Sequence record: LC620505.1
DNA: 64,000 bases
Source: Escherichia phage NiC89
Reading direction: 5' to 3' (one strand)
Under the pieces are notes generated by a model. The model saw only the letters and a list, made by a program, of their open reading frames with translations. It made no database searches and was not told the DNA's origin. Position numbers and translations under genes: made by a program. Shown piece after piece: positions 63,143-64,000 of the stretch; position 1 is the stretch's first letter, and the number at the start of each line of letters is the position of its first letter.

Positions 63143-63325
63143 TTATCCTCGGCAATCTACTTCACATACTTTCTTGTCATCAATGAAAGCTTTAACTAAT
63201 GCTTTATTAACTTCAGCATATTGAGTAGTAGCCCATTGAACGTCATCTTTCATCATTGTGGTTTCTTTAGTAAACATGCTTTCATTCTTAAACCACCCCA
63301 TAAAAACTACCTTTACCAATTCCAT
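63143..63325 (-). CDS. dmd: Dmd antitoxin (inhibitor of host RnlA/LsoA)
   Basis: 60 aa, MELVKVVFMGWFKNESMFTKE... matches T4 Dmd. Confidence 0.88.
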   Translation of the reverse strand: MELVKVVFMGWFKNESMFTKETTMMKDDVQWATTQYAEVNKALVKAFIDDKKVCEVDCRG

Positions 63326-63352
63326 AACAATCTCCTCATTTAACCAACAAGA

Positions 63353-63384
63353 CTACTATACCATAGTCTTGTCAGCTTGTAAAC
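63353..63384 (-). promoter_or_regulatory. early-promoter-like element upstream of dmd
   Basis: GTTTAC 63379-63384 overlapping the gene 41 stop, 18 nt, TATAGT. Confidence 0.45.
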
Positions 63385-64000
63385 TAAAATTTTAATTCAT
63401 TTGCCAAAGCATCTAACTGAGCTCGAGCTGATTCGTTTCTTTGATAGCGATTCTGTTCAGCCTGAATCTGTTGTGAACCTGCTACTTCACTCACTTCGGT
63501 TGGAGTAGAATCTTGTTCAATTTCTACCCATTTTTGATTTCCTTTTTGAACACCCATCAAAAACTTATTCCACTTATTCTTATCACCATATCGTGATTTG
63601 ATTTGCTTAATGAGTTGTTGTTCAGCAGCTGCTAGCTCCTCGGTTTCAATGACCGCAAGCATAAAATCAGCTGTTGCTGGAAGACCGGCAGATTCTGCAA
63701 TATCGCTCATGTTAACATCGGAAGAGTCCCAAGCTTGTTTACCGACCTGTGCTGCAGTCCAAAGAACAGTTTCGGTTTCAACAGCAAGAGCACGTAATTC
63801 CTCTGCAATAGCTTTAACAGTTGTGTAACTATTTTCTGAATAAACTCTGATGCGGCAAGATTTACAAATACCTAGATAGTCGACAATAATGATTGTTGGA
63901 ACAAAATTCTTTTTGAGCTTCAATTCATTCAAGAGAGACCTGAATGTATTAGCGTCTGCTCCACCAGTAGGGTACTGTTTAACGATTAAACGACCGAGAG
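63384..64000 (-). CDS. 41: replicative DNA helicase gp41, C-terminal part (gene runs off the window end)
   Basis: DnaB-like C-terminal sequence; ORF open to the window end. Confidence 0.85.
   Translation of the reverse strand, partial: LGRLIVKQYPTGGADANTFRSLLNELKLKKNFVPTIIIVDYLGICKSCRIRVYSENSYTTVKAIAEELRALAVETETVLWTAAQVGKQAWDSSDVNMSDIAESAGLPATADFMLAVIETEELAAAEQQLIKQIKSRYGDKNKWNKFLMGVQKGNQKWVEIEQDSTPTEVSEVAGSQQIQAEQNRYQRNESARAQLDALANELKF

Overview
This window is a contiguous segment of a T4-like (T-even, Tequatrovirus-type) phage genome, read from alt/gene 30 through to the 3' part of gene 41. Calls rest on reading the supplied ORF translations against remembered T4 protein sequences, sizes and gene order; no database search was run. 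Early and middle genes lie on the minus strand: alt (partial), 30 DNA ligase, rIII, 31, cd, pseT, alc, rnlA, denA, nrdB, nrdA, td, frd, 32, a segG-like GIY-YIG gene, 59, 33, dsbA, rnh, then asiA, arn, motA, 52, ac/stp/ndd, denB, rIIB, rIIA, 39, goF, cef, motB, dexA, dda, srd, modB/modA, soc, 56, 61, sp, dmd and 41 (partial). The late tail-fibre genes 34-35-36-37-38 and holin t are on the plus strand at 24.9-35.4 kb. Regulatory signals recognisable by eye include late promoters (TATAAATA), a family of near-identical early-promoter-like elements (GTTTAC -35), one MotA-box middle promoter, the gene 32 translational operator, and several hairpin-plus-U-run terminators. No rRNA, tRNA or CRISPR array was found. 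Points of interest: td and nrdB are intron-less and gene 39 is unsplit; the distal tail fibre is T2-type (gp37 with a C-terminal chaperone domain, gp38 glycine-rich adhesin); modA is interrupted by an apparent frameshift in an A8 run; the 56-61 interval appears to lack dam/gene 69; and the dmd-sp locus carries a tandemly duplicated gene family bounded by ~49-bp direct repeats. I could not identify a clearly undescribed system; the candidates below are ranked leads, not demonstrations.
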